IMG/VR virus record: IMGVR_UViG_2529292751_000001
Location: 61,735-125,734 of that record
DNA from: a virus
Taxonomy: Duplodnaviria; Heunggongvirae; Uroviricota; Caudoviricetes
Length of the DNA: 64,000 nucleotides
Direction: 5' to 3' (one strand)
Under the pieces are notes generated by a model. It saw nothing but the letters and a program-made list of their open reading frames with translations, was not told the origin of the DNA and ran no database searches. Shown here piece after piece: positions 9,502 to 19,157 of this stretch (its first letter is position 1; the number at the start of each line of letters is the position of its first letter). Both the position numbers and the translations under genes were made by a program.

Positions 9502-10134
9502 ATGGCAAAGGTTTACTTCAGATATGGGACGATGGATTCGTCTAAAACAGCAAGATTAATTATGGATGCATATGATTATACGTCCAGAGGCGAGTTTGTA
9601 CTGCCTATTAAACCAGTAGCAGATTCTCGCTCTAAGAAAGGGAAGATTGAGAGTAGAACAGGATTGTCAGTTGACTGTCTTGATGTAGAGAAGGACTATC
9701 ATATTTATGGTCACATTGGGATGTTATTAAAGAACGATATCAACATTTCTTGTGTATTAGTTGATGAAGCGCAGTTCTTAACATCCGCACAAGTATTACA
9801 GCTTCGTCTTGTAGCAAACCACTTTGATATTCCGGTGATGTGTTATGGATTAAAGACGGATTTTAGAGGAAATATGTTTGAAGGTTCACAATCATTATTT
9901 ATCCATGCGAATCGATTAGAGGAAGTTAAGACGATTTGTCGTGAAGTAGGATGCAAACATAAAGCAATGTTCAATGTTCGATACTTTGATGGTCAACCAA
10001 CGTTTAAGGGTGACCAAATCCAAGTAGGGGATACAAAAGCAGAAGAGAAGGCTTATTATTATGTACCTAAATGTTCGGCTCATTTCCTTGAGAACTTTGA
10101 AGCACATTTAAAAGAGGAAGGTGTCGTACAGTGA
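9502..10134 (+). CDS. tdk: thymidine kinase
   Basis: P-loop GTMDSSKTARL; VDEAQF; C-terminal Zn cluster CREVGC...CSAHF typical of type II TK. Confidence 0.85.
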   Translation: MAKVYFRYGTMDSSKTARLIMDAYDYTSRGEFVLPIKPVADSRSKKGKIESRTGLSVDCLDVEKDYHIYGHIGMLLKNDINISCVLVDEAQFLTSAQVLQLRLVANHFDIPVMCYGLKTDFRGNMFEGSQSLFIHANRLEEVKTICREVGCKHKAMFNVRYFDGQPTFKGDQIQVGDTKAEEKAYYYVPKCSAHFLENFEAHLKEEGVVQ

Positions 10135-11405
10135 GATTAACTTATGAACAATTAAATATGATTAAAGAGAAAATGGGAGTAGACATGCTATGGTCATTCT
10201 CAAAAATGAGTACTTATTTGCAATGCTCTTGGCTATATAAGCTTAAGTATATTGACAAGATTAGATTAAAAGGGGATAACTGCTACACGCATTTCGGTAC
10301 GGTATCGCATGATGTTATCCAAGGGTTATATGATGAAGTTCATACATATGAACAGATGATTGACAAGTTTAACGATGAGGTTATCAAATGGCAAATCAAC
10401 GATGACCCTGCACTAAAATTCAATTCTGATAAAGAGCGCGATGGATATATAGAAAACCTTCGCCATTACTTTACCCACACAGAACAGATTCCTTATAAGG
10501 TAGTCAATGAAAAAGCTGTCTTAGCTGTATTTGAGGGTGCTAAGAAATACGTATTCCAAGGTTATATCGATTCCCAGTACACAGATGAAGATGGAATCTT
10601 TTATATTCTCGACTACAAAACTTCTAGTAAAAGCGGATTCACTGGCAAAGACTTGTTGAAAAAGGCTCAGCAGTTAATGATTTATGCAGTCGGTATCAAT
10701 CAGTTCCATAAGATTCCTATTGATAAGATTCGACTTCGTTACGATATGATGAAGTATTGTAATGTATCATTTATGCAGAAGAATGGCAAGATGAAGACGA
10801 CTAAAGCAGAGCGTAGCTTATGGGTTGCTCACATATCTAATCAGTTACGCAAAGACTTTGAGGATGTCGAGAAGAGTATCGAGAAGCATCAAAAGGAAAT
10901 TACAAAGATTGAGAAGAAAATCAAGCAGAAGAAGACTACTCCAGAAATGGCAGAGGAGTATCTGGCTATGATTAAGATTGAGGAAGAGTCTATTAATGAA
11001 CTAGAGAAGTTCGTATTTAATCCTCTTGAGATTAATGAAATGATGGACACAGCTATGAATAACAATACTCTAGAAAACCTACCTCAGTTTATTCAAGACA
11101 AGTATACGGTTGAGAACTGTTATATTGATGTTGAGCTGACAGAGGAGATTGTAGAGGAATTTAAGGCTGAATTAGTTTCTGTATTAGACAAAATTATTGC
11201 AAAGACAGAAGAAGGCAATGCTGATGAAGCATTTGACCGTAGCAGAATCGACAACTCTAATTCCTTCTATTGCAATACTTTATGCGATATGAAGAGTAAA
11301 TGTAAGTTCTATGAGGAATATAAAGAGAATAGCTCTATGTTTATAGAGAAGAAGGTTGACCAACCTAGCGATGAAGAGATAATGGCTATGTTTGGATTGA
11401 GTTAA
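10131..11405 (+). CDS. PD-(D/E)XK nuclease, Cas4/RecB-like, with Fe-S cysteines
   Basis: ILDYKTS motif; one N-terminal Cys plus C-terminal CNTLCDMKSKC cluster; GTG start overlapping the tdk stop. Confidence 0.55.
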   Translation: MRLTYEQLNMIKEKMGVDMLWSFSKMSTYLQCSWLYKLKYIDKIRLKGDNCYTHFGTVSHDVIQGLYDEVHTYEQMIDKFNDEVIKWQINDDPALKFNSDKERDGYIENLRHYFTHTEQIPYKVVNEKAVLAVFEGAKKYVFQGYIDSQYTDEDGIFYILDYKTSSKSGFTGKDLLKKAQQLMIYAVGINQFHKIPIDKIRLRYDMMKYCNVSFMQKNGKMKTTKAERSLWVAHISNQLRKDFEDVEKSIEKHQKEITKIEKKIKQKKTTPEMAEEYLAMIKIEEESINELEKFVFNPLEINEMMDTAMNNNTLENLPQFIQDKYTVENCYIDVELTEEIVEEFKAELVSVLDKIIAKTEEGNADEAFDRSRIDNSNSFYCNTLCDMKSKCKFYEEYKENSSMFIEKKVDQPSDEEIMAMFGLS

Positions 11406-11437
11406 GACGCGGAGAAATCTGCGTTTTTTCTTTTTTT
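11405..11437 (+). terminator. Rho-independent terminator (GACGC...GCGT stem plus T9)
   Basis: hairpin followed by TTTTTTCTTTTTTT. Confidence 0.6.
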
Positions 11438-11444
11438 AAATTTA

Positions 11445-11464
11445 TTAAACAAAAGTATTGCAGA
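11445..11464 (+). promoter_or_regulatory. conserved element, copy 6
   Basis: exact consensus. Confidence 0.9.
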
Positions 11465-11516
11465 TAATTTAAGGCTATGCTAATATTAACTTATCGAACA
11501 GAGAGGGGAAATAAAA

Positions 11517-11822
11517 ATGAAACAAGTTATCGATGCAACTAATTGTGTATTATTTATGAAGCCATCAGATATTATTGGAAGCAATGTTACTTATATTGGG
11601 AGCGCAACTACAGAGGTTGAACCTGTACGCGAAAACAAGTTACCAGATATCGATGAAGATTTCATTAACATGTCAGTTAGTGAAGTTATTTTAAAATACA
11701 TAAAACAAAAGTATTGCAAAGAATTCACTTGGGAACAGATTGTATTAGCAACTTATGGAGAAGCTGTTTTAATAGCTCCTTTATATTGGACAGCAATTGA
11801 ATACTTAAAGGAACATAAATAG
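11517..11822 (+). CDS. hypothetical protein (101 aa); contains an internal copy of the conserved element
   Basis: ORF track; GGGGAAATAAAA-ATG. Confidence 0.4.
   Translation: MKQVIDATNCVLFMKPSDIIGSNVTYIGSATTEVEPVRENKLPDIDEDFINMSVSEVILKYIKQKYCKEFTWEQIVLATYGEAVLIAPLYWTAIEYLKEHK
11701..11720 (+). promoter_or_regulatory. conserved element, internal copy 7 (TAAAACAAAAGTATTGCAAA) inside a CDS, 113 nt upstream of the PolIII alpha start
   Basis: 18/20 match, in gene orientation. Confidence 0.7.
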
Positions 11823-11832
11823 GGGGAATACG

Positions 11833-14800
11833 ATGTACGATACATTAACAGTAGTAGAAAAGACATATACACCGATACACCTACATGACCATCATAGCAA
11901 TATCAATATGGTCGAGGTGGTAACGAAATTTGAACAGTATGTAGAAAGAGCAATTGAACTTGGGCTTCCTACGATTGTATGTACGAATCATGGAGTTCTT
12001 ACAGGTTGGTATAACCGTAAAAAGCTTCTCGAATCGAAAAATATGAAGTACGTTCACGCTGTAGAAGCTTATGTCACTTGGGATTTAGAAAACAAGGCTC
12101 GTGATAATTTCCACTTATCATTATTTGCCAAGAACTTTGAAGGATTCAAGGAGCTGAATAAGCTAGTATCAAACTCATTTAATAGAAGCGACAATCACTT
12201 CTATTACAATCCTCGTATCGCATGGAAAGACATTAAGAATACGAGCGACAACATCTTAGTATCAACTGCATGTTTAGGGAGCTTTATTTGGAAGCTTAAG
12301 GATGATGATGAGAAGTATGCTGAAATCCTACAATGGATTGATAACAATAAGCATCGCGTATTCTTAGAGGTTCAGCCTCATCGACATTTAGAGCAGGCAA
12401 AACTAAATAGACATCTAATTAATTTGGCTAGAAACAACGGATGGAGAATCATTGCAGGCGGTGACGTTCACGCGTTAAACAAAGAGCATGATGAAGCTCG
12501 TAAGATTCTTCAGAAGTCCAAACGAGTTGAATTCGCGGATGAAGATAGCTTTGATTTAACATTAAAGAGCTATGATGAAATCTTCGAACAGTTCCAATCT
12601 CAAGGAGTATTAACAGGCGATGAAATTGCAGAGGCATTAAACAATACAAACGTATTATTAGATATGGTAGAGCCATTTAAGCTTGATTATTCTAAGAAGT
12701 ACCCTAAGTTACATGCTAATCCAGATAGAGTACTTCAAGAGAAGATTGCAGAGGGTATTAAGTTTCGTGGCATTGATAAGATACCTCATCATGAGAAGCT
12801 TATCTACGCACAGAGAATTCAGCATGAATTAGATACTTATAGAGCGAATGAAGCTGAGAATTACCTGCTACTAGAGGATATGGTTAAAACATATGCTAGG
12901 GAAAATGATATAGCATATGGATATGGTCGAGGCTCTGTAAGCGGAAGTATCATCGCATATCTAATGCAAATCACAGAAATGAATTCGATTAAACGAGGTC
13001 TTAACTTCGAGCGATTTATGAATAAAGAACGTATCAGTCTAGCCGATGTTGATTCGGACTACGACCCACAAAAACGTTACATGATTCAAGATTTCTTAAT
13101 GAATCATCCAGAGCTGTACTGCGCTCCAATCATGACATCTAATACAATCGCTATGAAAGGCGCTATCCGAGATATTGGTCGAGGTTTAGGCATGCCACTT
13201 AACGAGGTAGATGACATTGCTAAAGGCGTAGAGGAAGCAGAGCATTACTATCGTGATAGATATCCAGAGCTGTTTAAATATGTTGATATCGTATTGGGAA
13301 CAATCACATCAATTGGACAACATGCATGCGGTATCTGCGTATCTCCAATTCCACTAGATGAGAATATGGGATTAATCACAACTAAAGATTCTCCTTATCC
13401 ATTAACAATGCTTAATATGAAGGAAATCGATGACCAAAACTATGTAAAACTTGATATCTTAGGCTTAGATACTACCTCTGTAATCAGCGAGGTTTGTAGA
13501 TTAGCAGGAATAGACTTTGTAACTCCTCAGAACCTAGATTCGGAAGATGAGAAGGTTTGGAATAGTATCTTAGATAGCAATGTTGGTATTTTCCAGTGGG
13601 AAAGTGACTTCTCGCATCAGATATACAAAGACCTATTCAGCAAAGAAACAATTGCTAAGATTAAAGCGCAAAACCCTAACTTCTCATACATAGACTTATT
13701 CTCATTAGGTAACGCGATTCTGAGACCATCTGGTGCATCGTATCGTGAAAGTGTATGCCGAGGTGAATTCTATGATAATGGGCATCCTGCATTGAATGAA
13801 TTCTTAGCATCAACGCTTGGAAGATTAGTATATCAAGAGCAATTAATGGAGTTTCTGGTGAAATTCTGTGGATACACGATGGGACAGGCTGACTTAGTCA
13901 GACGCGGTATAGGTAAGAAGATTAAGACAATCATAGATACAGAAGTTCCTAAGATTGAAGCGAAATTCATTGAAACAATGACAAGAGACTATGGATTATC
14001 ATATGAAGAGGCAGAGCGAATCGCCAAGCCATTCATGCAGGTATTCTTAGATAGTGCCGATTATGGCTTCTCTGTAAACCACTCAGATGCTTATTCTTGG
14101 ATGGGATATGCCATGGCATGGCTAAGATATTACTATCCTATTGAATTCCTTACAGCATCGTTAAACGTGAACATAGGGAAGGAAGACAAGACTAATAAAC
14201 TAGTTGAATATGCAAAAGAGAAAGGTATTAAGCTAGATAGTATTAAATTCCGCTATTCTCGTGACGGTTATATGTTTAATAAGGAGACAAACTCTATCTA
14301 TCAAGGTATAGAACCTATTAAATTTCTTAACTCTCAAGTGGCAGAAGGATTGTATGAACTGCGTAATAAAGAGTATAAATGTTTTACAGATTTACTTGTT
14401 GACATTAAAGATGGTATGGTGTTACACTGTAACAGTAGCTCACAAGTGATAGATATTAAAGATTTACTTAAGATGTATGAGCCAAAAGAACTACAGAAGA
14501 TGGTTAAAGCAGAAGAAATTGTAACTGTCGGCTCTAATGAGGTTCAAATCAACTCTCGTCAAATGGCAATCTTGATATCTCTGAATTACTTCTCAGAGTT
14601 TGGGCAAAATAAGAAGTTATTACAACTATTTGAGTTCTTCGAGAAGACTTACAAAAAGACTCTCACACTCAAATCTAAAGCAGAGCGTTATGCAAAAGTA
14701 TTGCAGAAAGAACAGGAATTAGAAGATGAGAAGCTTTCATTAGTAGAACAATATGAAAGAGAGCTAGAATTCTTAGGGCATATTGAATCGAAAGATGAGT

Positions 14801-15078
14801 CAATGCCACCTAATATCATGTTTATCACCGAGGTCACTAAGACTAAGACTTATGTTCGTGCTAAAGCTCAACAGTTTCATAGCGGTGAATCAAGAGAGTT
14901 TAAGATTGGTACAAGAACATATGCTTATGTGCCATTCGAAGAGAAAGATGTAATTCAAATCAATCAAGCAAAAGTTAAACCAAAAAAGAAGAAAATCAAC
15001 GGAAAGTGGGCAGACAGCACAGAAAAAGAGCTATGGCTGACAGAAGTGAAGTTTGTTCGCAGGGGAGGAAATGAATAA
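11833..15078 (+). CDS. DNA polymerase III alpha subunit (DnaE-like, PHP domain N-terminus)
   Basis: 1081 aa; PHP-type H..H..D motifs (IHLHDHHSN), long Pol III alpha core. Confidence 0.85.
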   Translation: MYDTLTVVEKTYTPIHLHDHHSNINMVEVVTKFEQYVERAIELGLPTIVCTNHGVLTGWYNRKKLLESKNMKYVHAVEAYVTWDLENKARDNFHLSLFAKNFEGFKELNKLVSNSFNRSDNHFYYNPRIAWKDIKNTSDNILVSTACLGSFIWKLKDDDEKYAEILQWIDNNKHRVFLEVQPHRHLEQAKLNRHLINLARNNGWRIIAGGDVHALNKEHDEARKILQKSKRVEFADEDSFDLTLKSYDEIFEQFQSQGVLTGDEIAEALNNTNVLLDMVEPFKLDYSKKYPKLHANPDRVLQEKIAEGIKFRGIDKIPHHEKLIYAQRIQHELDTYRANEAENYLLLEDMVKTYARENDIAYGYGRGSVSGSIIAYLMQITEMNSIKRGLNFERFMNKERISLADVDSDYDPQKRYMIQDFLMNHPELYCAPIMTSNTIAMKGAIRDIGRGLGMPLNEVDDIAKGVEEAEHYYRDRYPELFKYVDIVLGTITSIGQHACGICVSPIPLDENMGLITTKDSPYPLTMLNMKEIDDQNYVKLDILGLDTTSVISEVCRLAGIDFVTPQNLDSEDEKVWNSILDSNVGIFQWESDFSHQIYKDLFSKETIAKIKAQNPNFSYIDLFSLGNAILRPSGASYRESVCRGEFYDNGHPALNEFLASTLGRLVYQEQLMEFLVKFCGYTMGQADLVRRGIGKKIKTIIDTEVPKIEAKFIETMTRDYGLSYEEAERIAKPFMQVFLDSADYGFSVNHSDAYSWMGYAMAWLRYYYPIEFLTASLNVNIGKEDKTNKLVEYAKEKGIKLDSIKFRYSRDGYMFNKETNSIYQGIEPIKFLNSQVAEGLYELRNKEYKCFTDLLVDIKDGMVLHCNSSSQVIDIKDLLKMYEPKELQKMVKAEEIVTVGSNEVQINSRQMAILISLNYFSEFGQNKKLLQLFEFFEKTYKKTLTLKSKAERYAKVLQKEQELEDEKLSLVEQYERELEFLGHIESKDESMPPNIMFITEVTKTKTYVRAKAQQFHSGESREFKIGTRTYAYVPFEEKDVIQINQAKVKPKKKKINGKWADSTEKELWLTEVKFVRRGGNE
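14695..14713 (+). promoter_or_regulatory. partial copy of the conserved element (CAAAAGTATTGCAGAAAGA) inside the polymerase CDS
   Basis: 19-nt match to the 3' part of the consensus. Confidence 0.4.
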
Positions 15079-15446
15079 TGACTAAGACAACTATCAAAAC
15101 AATCGAGAGCAACGTAACATTTATCCAAAAAGGTGACAAGGTTAAGAAGAATGGAGATATGTTCGTAATCTCATCAATGGGCAAACAGAATCCAAGTAGC
15201 GCTTTTGAAGGAAGAAATATTGTGAGAAACGAGCCAATTAACAGTGCATTATTTGGAAAAGAATCAACGCCAGCGTATGTAACACCAGTGTATGCAAGTC
15301 AAGCAATTGAAGTATATGCATTAGTAAGTATCACTACTGGAGAAAGATATTATCCTAACCCTTGTTCTTTAGAAGAGCTTGTCCATAAGATTTCAAAAGA
15401 TGGCTTTAAAAAAGTAAATGAAGTAGAGATTATTGAAAAATCATAA
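15078..15446 (+). CDS. hypothetical protein (122 aa)
   Basis: ORF track; ATGA overlap with the polymerase. Confidence 0.45.
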   Translation: MTKTTIKTIESNVTFIQKGDKVKKNGDMFVISSMGKQNPSSAFEGRNIVRNEPINSALFGKESTPAYVTPVYASQAIEVYALVSITTGERYYPNPCSLEELVHKISKDGFKKVNEVEIIEKS

Positions 15447-15463
15447 AACAAAAGTATTGCAGG
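15444..15463 (+). promoter_or_regulatory. conserved element, copy 8 (ATAAAACAAAAGTATTGCAG)
   Basis: core 16/16. Confidence 0.85.
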
Positions 15464-15475
15464 GGTGAATAAAGG

Positions 15476-15652
15476 ATGAGTCCAACAGTATTAGTAATAT
15501 TATCATTTGGAATTACATGCATTTCACCGTTCGTAGGAATAGCAATTGGAGCAATGTTGGATACCGATGGTATGGGAATGGCATTGCTCGCGTTCCTCAC
15601 AACGATATTAGGATTCTTTATAACAATAGCAATGATAGCAGTTAACTACTAA
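15476..15652 (+). CDS. small membrane protein (58 aa, 2 TM)
   Basis: translated by eye; GGGGTGAATAAAGG-ATG. Confidence 0.35.
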   Translation: MSPTVLVILSFGITCISPFVGIAIGAMLDTDGMGMALLAFLTTILGFFITIAMIAVNY

Positions 15653-15680
15653 AACATAAAACAAGAGGAGAATGACAATT

Positions 15681-16247
15681 ATGAAAAAGGTTTATATCGC
15701 AGGAGACATGTTAACGAAGGGTTCACAAATGTTACGAGCGCAGGAGCGTGAGCAAATCAAGGATATCGGATTACCTTTCTACAATCCAATGGATAACAAA
15801 GAAATCAATGACAAAGCTAATCTGGATAATAATGAAGGTCTTGCTGAGAAGATTGTGCGTCAAGATACGGATGCAATCAAAGAGAGTGATGTGATTATCA
15901 TTGAGCCACAACCATTTGCTATGGGTACGATGACTGAACTTGGTCAAATCAAAGGCATGAAAGATATGGCTAAAATGATTCTTGGATTAGCAGAAGAGGG
16001 TAACAATCCGTTAGTTATGTTAGGAGAAATCCTTCAATTAGCAGAGAAAGTTAATAACCAAAAGGTTCTACCGCATTATGAAGATATCCGTAGATTTGCA
16101 GGTGTAACTGAATCTGGAGACCGTAGAAGTCTTGGAATCAATCAATACGTATATGGTGTCTGCTTAGATTTAACAGATGGTAAAGGATTCTACGAATGGG
16201 ATGAAATCCTAGAAGAACTACAAAAAATCAAAAGCGAAGAAGTTTAA
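15681..16247 (+). CDS. nucleoside 2-deoxyribosyltransferase (NDT/DNPH1-fold)-like protein
   Basis: KKVYIAGDML resembles the N-terminus of NDT-family enzymes; weak. Confidence 0.35.
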   Translation: MKKVYIAGDMLTKGSQMLRAQEREQIKDIGLPFYNPMDNKEINDKANLDNNEGLAEKIVRQDTDAIKESDVIIIEPQPFAMGTMTELGQIKGMKDMAKMILGLAEEGNNPLVMLGEILQLAEKVNNQKVLPHYEDIRRFAGVTESGDRRSLGINQYVYGVCLDLTDGKGFYEWDEILEELQKIKSEEV

Positions 16248-16269
16248 TAGAAGAGGAGAATAGATAATT

Positions 16270-16992
16270 ATGGCAACTGCAACTAAAACAACAGCTAAAA
16301 AGGTAACAGCAACTAAGAAGGATATTGTTAAAGAAATTAATGAAGCACCAGAGGGTATTACACAAACTGCAACAAAGATTGATTTGAGTGGTAAGATTGC
16401 AACTGATGACCTAAAAGTCAAGGCAGGATTAGAAATTGGCGGAGGTAGTATTACAACTGGTACAATCAAAGCTAAAGACATTAAGATTCGTGGATTTGAA
16501 GTGGCAAAAGGATTCGAAGACAAAGGTATTAATCTACCAGAACGCCAAACAGCTAATTCAGCAGGGTATGATTTTGAAGCATCTGAAGATGTTGTAATTG
16601 AGCCTCTATGGAAAAACCTGTGGAATCTATTCCGTAAGTATACGTATGGTCAAGATACAAATGAAAAGATTTTAAAGCCAACTCTTGTCCCAACTGGAGT
16701 TAAATCATACATGCTAGAGAATGAATCTCTAGACTTATATAATCGCTCAAGCAATCCATTGAAACGATTCTTATTACTAGGTAATGGAGTAGGTCTAATC
16801 GATTCGGATTACTACAACAATCCAGATAATGATGGACATATCATGTTCCAATTCATCAACTTTGGTTTCTTCCCTCAAACAATTAAGAAGGGTGAACGAA
16901 TTGGGCAGGGCGTATTTCGTCCATTCCTTAAAGCAGATGGAGATAAGGCTACTGGTACACGTACTGGCGGTCATGGTTCTACTAAGAAGTAA
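16270..16992 (+). CDS. dut: dUTP diphosphatase with an ~85-aa N-terminal T/K/A-rich extension
   Basis: trimeric dUTPase motifs SAGYDF, RSSN, GLIDSDYYNN, ERIGQGVF, RTGGHGSTKK. Confidence 0.75.
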   Translation: MATATKTTAKKVTATKKDIVKEINEAPEGITQTATKIDLSGKIATDDLKVKAGLEIGGGSITTGTIKAKDIKIRGFEVAKGFEDKGINLPERQTANSAGYDFEASEDVVIEPLWKNLWNLFRKYTYGQDTNEKILKPTLVPTGVKSYMLENESLDLYNRSSNPLKRFLLLGNGVGLIDSDYYNNPDNDGHIMFQFINFGFFPQTIKKGERIGQGVFRPFLKADGDKATGTRTGGHGSTKK

Positions 16993-17002
16993 TTGAAAGA
17001 AG

Positions 17003-17040
17003 GGGAGGGTTTCCTCCCTAAATCTTTCTTTTTTTTATTG
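17003..17040 (+). terminator. Rho-independent terminator (GGGAGG/CCTCCC plus T-run)
   Basis: hairpin plus TTTCTTTTTTTTATT. Confidence 0.65.
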
Positions 17041-17067
17041 ACCATTAGTGTGATGGTGTGTTACTAT
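17038..17067 (+). promoter_or_regulatory. sigma-A promoter (TTGACC - 18 - TGtTACTAT) with TTAGTGTGAT in the spacer
   Basis: hexamers and spacing read from the sequence. Confidence 0.6.
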
Positions 17068-17136
17068 ATAATTATCGAGAGATGATTAGAAAATGAAGTA
17101 TTGGTACGAGTATAGATTAAGAGGAAGTGATGAATC

Positions 17137-17346
17137 ATGATAGATGTTGGTAGTAGGTTAAAATTGCTTCGTGAAAAGAAAGGTTTGCGACTGCAAGATG
17201 TCGCAGAGAAGTTAAACAGTAATACTTCTACATATGGAGGATACGAAACAAACTATAGGAGACCTAGCTATGAAGTTCTTTGTCAATTAGCAGATATATT
17301 CGATACAACTACAGATTTCATTCTAGGAAGAACGGATAGTCAATAA
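17137..17346 (+). CDS. Xre-family HTH protein (69 aa)
   Basis: LKLLREKKGLRLQDVAEKLNSNTSTYGGYE helix-turn-helix. Confidence 0.55.
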   Translation: MIDVGSRLKLLREKKGLRLQDVAEKLNSNTSTYGGYETNYRRPSYEVLCQLADIFDTTTDFILGRTDSQ

Positions 17347-17379
17347 AATTCTCATTTTAAACAAGGAAAGGTGAGCAAA

Positions 17380-17580
17380 ATGATAAGAAAATCCTTTACA
17401 GATATGGACGGAAAGAAAGGTCAAATTGGAAGCATTGTGCGAAATTGGATGAATGTTGATGATGAAAATAAAAATAAAACTGTTAAAGAGATAATTAGTA
17501 AAGGAGCAGGAGGGACAAGGATTTATTTTGAAGAAGGTGGTTACGATAAATCTTCACATTGCAAAATAATACGAAAATAA
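17380..17580 (+). CDS. hypothetical small protein
   Basis: ORF track 17371..17580; ATG at 17380 after AAGGAAAGGTGAG preferred. Confidence 0.4.
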   Translation: MIRKSFTDMDGKKGQIGSIVRNWMNVDDENKNKTVKEIISKGAGGTRIYFEEGGYDKSSHCKIIRK

Positions 17581-17627
17581 ATGGGATTGTATAAAAGTCT
17601 GATTTCATATAAGAGAGGAGAGGTATA

Positions 17628-17828
17628 ATGGCTAAGTTATCACGTAAATCGAAGGATATGGGTAAAGTGGTTGCTACTAAAACTATCAAATCAAACTTTG
17701 GTGAGTCTACTTACAATGTATACGAAGACTCTGGCATGACTTGGAAAGAGGGAGTCGAAGTGGATTATGTGGATTGTCAGAGAGTGGTGGTTACAACTAA
17801 AGCTGTAGATAGAGGAGGAGATAAGTGA
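17628..17828 (+). CDS. hypothetical small protein (66 aa)
   Basis: ORF track; GAGAGGAGAGG SD. Confidence 0.45.
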   Translation: MAKLSRKSKDMGKVVATKTIKSNFGESTYNVYEDSGMTWKEGVEVDYVDCQRVVVTTKAVDRGGDK

Positions 17829-18049
17829 TGAATAGGCTAAAGCAACTTGCTAAAGAGTTGGTATGGATGCAAGATGAGTTGGAGAAAGAAAGTCTTCCTG
17901 AGTGGGAGCGAGAAAATGTAAAAAAGCAAGCCGACGATATCAGAATGAAGGTTGTTTCTGAAGGTCACAGCGTTGACTTGTTCGTTCAGTATATGAAAGA
18001 GTATAAAAACGTTTCTGTTGCTGACTATAAAGATTGGATTAATAGTTAG
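17825..18049 (+). CDS. hypothetical small protein (74 aa)
   Basis: ORF track; start overlaps the upstream stop. Confidence 0.45.
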   Translation: MMNRLKQLAKELVWMQDELEKESLPEWERENVKKQADDIRMKVVSEGHSVDLFVQYMKEYKNVSVADYKDWINS

Positions 18050-18084
18050 ATAGTCTTTTATTTTATAAAAGGGAGCGTGTCTTG

Positions 18085-18336
18085 ATGGAGAGCTATGAGA
18101 AGCCAATGTGTGACTGTGGAGAAGAGCTAGTGTTCCAAGTTGAAGAATATGTATCAGCAACTTATAAAATAAAAAAGGATGGGAGACTTAGCAAGAAAAG
18201 AAAGTATGAACCAACTGGGACGTTAGTCAATTGGGGTAGATTATATTGTCAAAAATGCGGGAACTCTTATGAATATGATTATGACCTTAAGGGTGAAGAG
18301 AAGCTAAAATATAAGAGAAAAGAACTAATTTTCTAA
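18085..18336 (+). CDS. zinc-ribbon protein (CDCGEE...CQKCGN)
   Basis: ORF track; two CxxC pairs. Confidence 0.45.
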   Translation: MESYEKPMCDCGEELVFQVEEYVSATYKIKKDGRLSKKRKYEPTGTLVNWGRLYCQKCGNSYEYDYDLKGEEKLKYKRKELIF

Positions 18337-18387
18337 CGAGAGTAAATAATAAAAGCGCTGTTTTATTAATAAGGAGGGCGGACTAAT

Positions 18388-18603
18388 ATGGGAGCTTTAG
18401 AGATTACTATGTCAATCAAATGTGGAGAGTGTATTACGATTAGCAACTATTCATTGAAGCGTGACAATATGGATAATGTATTGCAATTATCTGATACAGT
18501 TAATGAGCATCATATGGGGCGTTTTGAAGCTAAGCAAACATATCCAGATGCAATTCATATTACATGTACGCAATGTGGTCATGAGGATGAATTGTATATT
18601 TAA
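18388..18603 (+). CDS. zinc-ribbon protein (CGECIT...CTQCGHEDE)
   Basis: ORF track; AAGGAGGGCGG SD. Confidence 0.45.
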   Translation: MGALEITMSIKCGECITISNYSLKRDNMDNVLQLSDTVNEHHMGRFEAKQTYPDAIHITCTQCGHEDELYI

Positions 18604-18628
18604 TTACAGAAGCAGGAGGATGAGTTAA

Positions 18629-18877
18629 ATGGGAATGCGTAAATGCGATTCTTGTAGCGGTTGGTACAATCAACAGGATAAGGAGAAACACTGTTGGTCA
18701 TGCCAAGAACAAGGTAAGGATAAGCCAGAAATGGTGCATTTAGTTTATGAAGAAGAAAGTATTGGACATTCAAAAGTAGTATTTGTTAGAAGAAATGAAG
18801 TTGATGCCAAGGCTGACGTTGATTTTCGCGTGAAGCAAAATATTAAATCTTGGTATGAGACACATTTCTTACGATAG
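18629..18877 (+). CDS. zinc-ribbon protein (CDSCSGW...CWSCQ)
   Basis: ORF track; AGGAGGATGAG SD. Confidence 0.45.
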   Translation: MGMRKCDSCSGWYNQQDKEKHCWSCQEQGKDKPEMVHLVYEEESIGHSKVVFVRRNEVDAKADVDFRVKQNIKSWYETHFLR

Positions 18878-18919
18878 GCTGACAATATAAGAGTTTTATC
18901 CAATAGGGAGGAATATATA

Positions 18920-19132
18920 ATGAATACAAATGAATGGAAAGTGGAATTTACGATAGGAGAAACAAAAATTAGTAGATTAGCAGATGTATCATCGTTAGAT
19001 GCTATTCAAGAAGAAGGGAAGAGAGTCATGGTAGTCAATAATGCTGTAAGCAAGATAAAAAAGGATACAGGCATAAATCTAAGAGATATTATAGAAGACG
19101 TTCATTCAAATGCTGTAATAAGATTAGTATAA
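18920..19132 (+). CDS. hypothetical small protein (70 aa)
   Basis: ORF track; AGGGAGGAA SD. Confidence 0.45.
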   Translation: MNTNEWKVEFTIGETKISRLADVSSLDAIQEEGKRVMVVNNAVSKIKKDTGINLRDIIEDVHSNAVIRLV

Positions 19133-19157
19133 TATTCTCATTTGATTTAAAGGAAGG

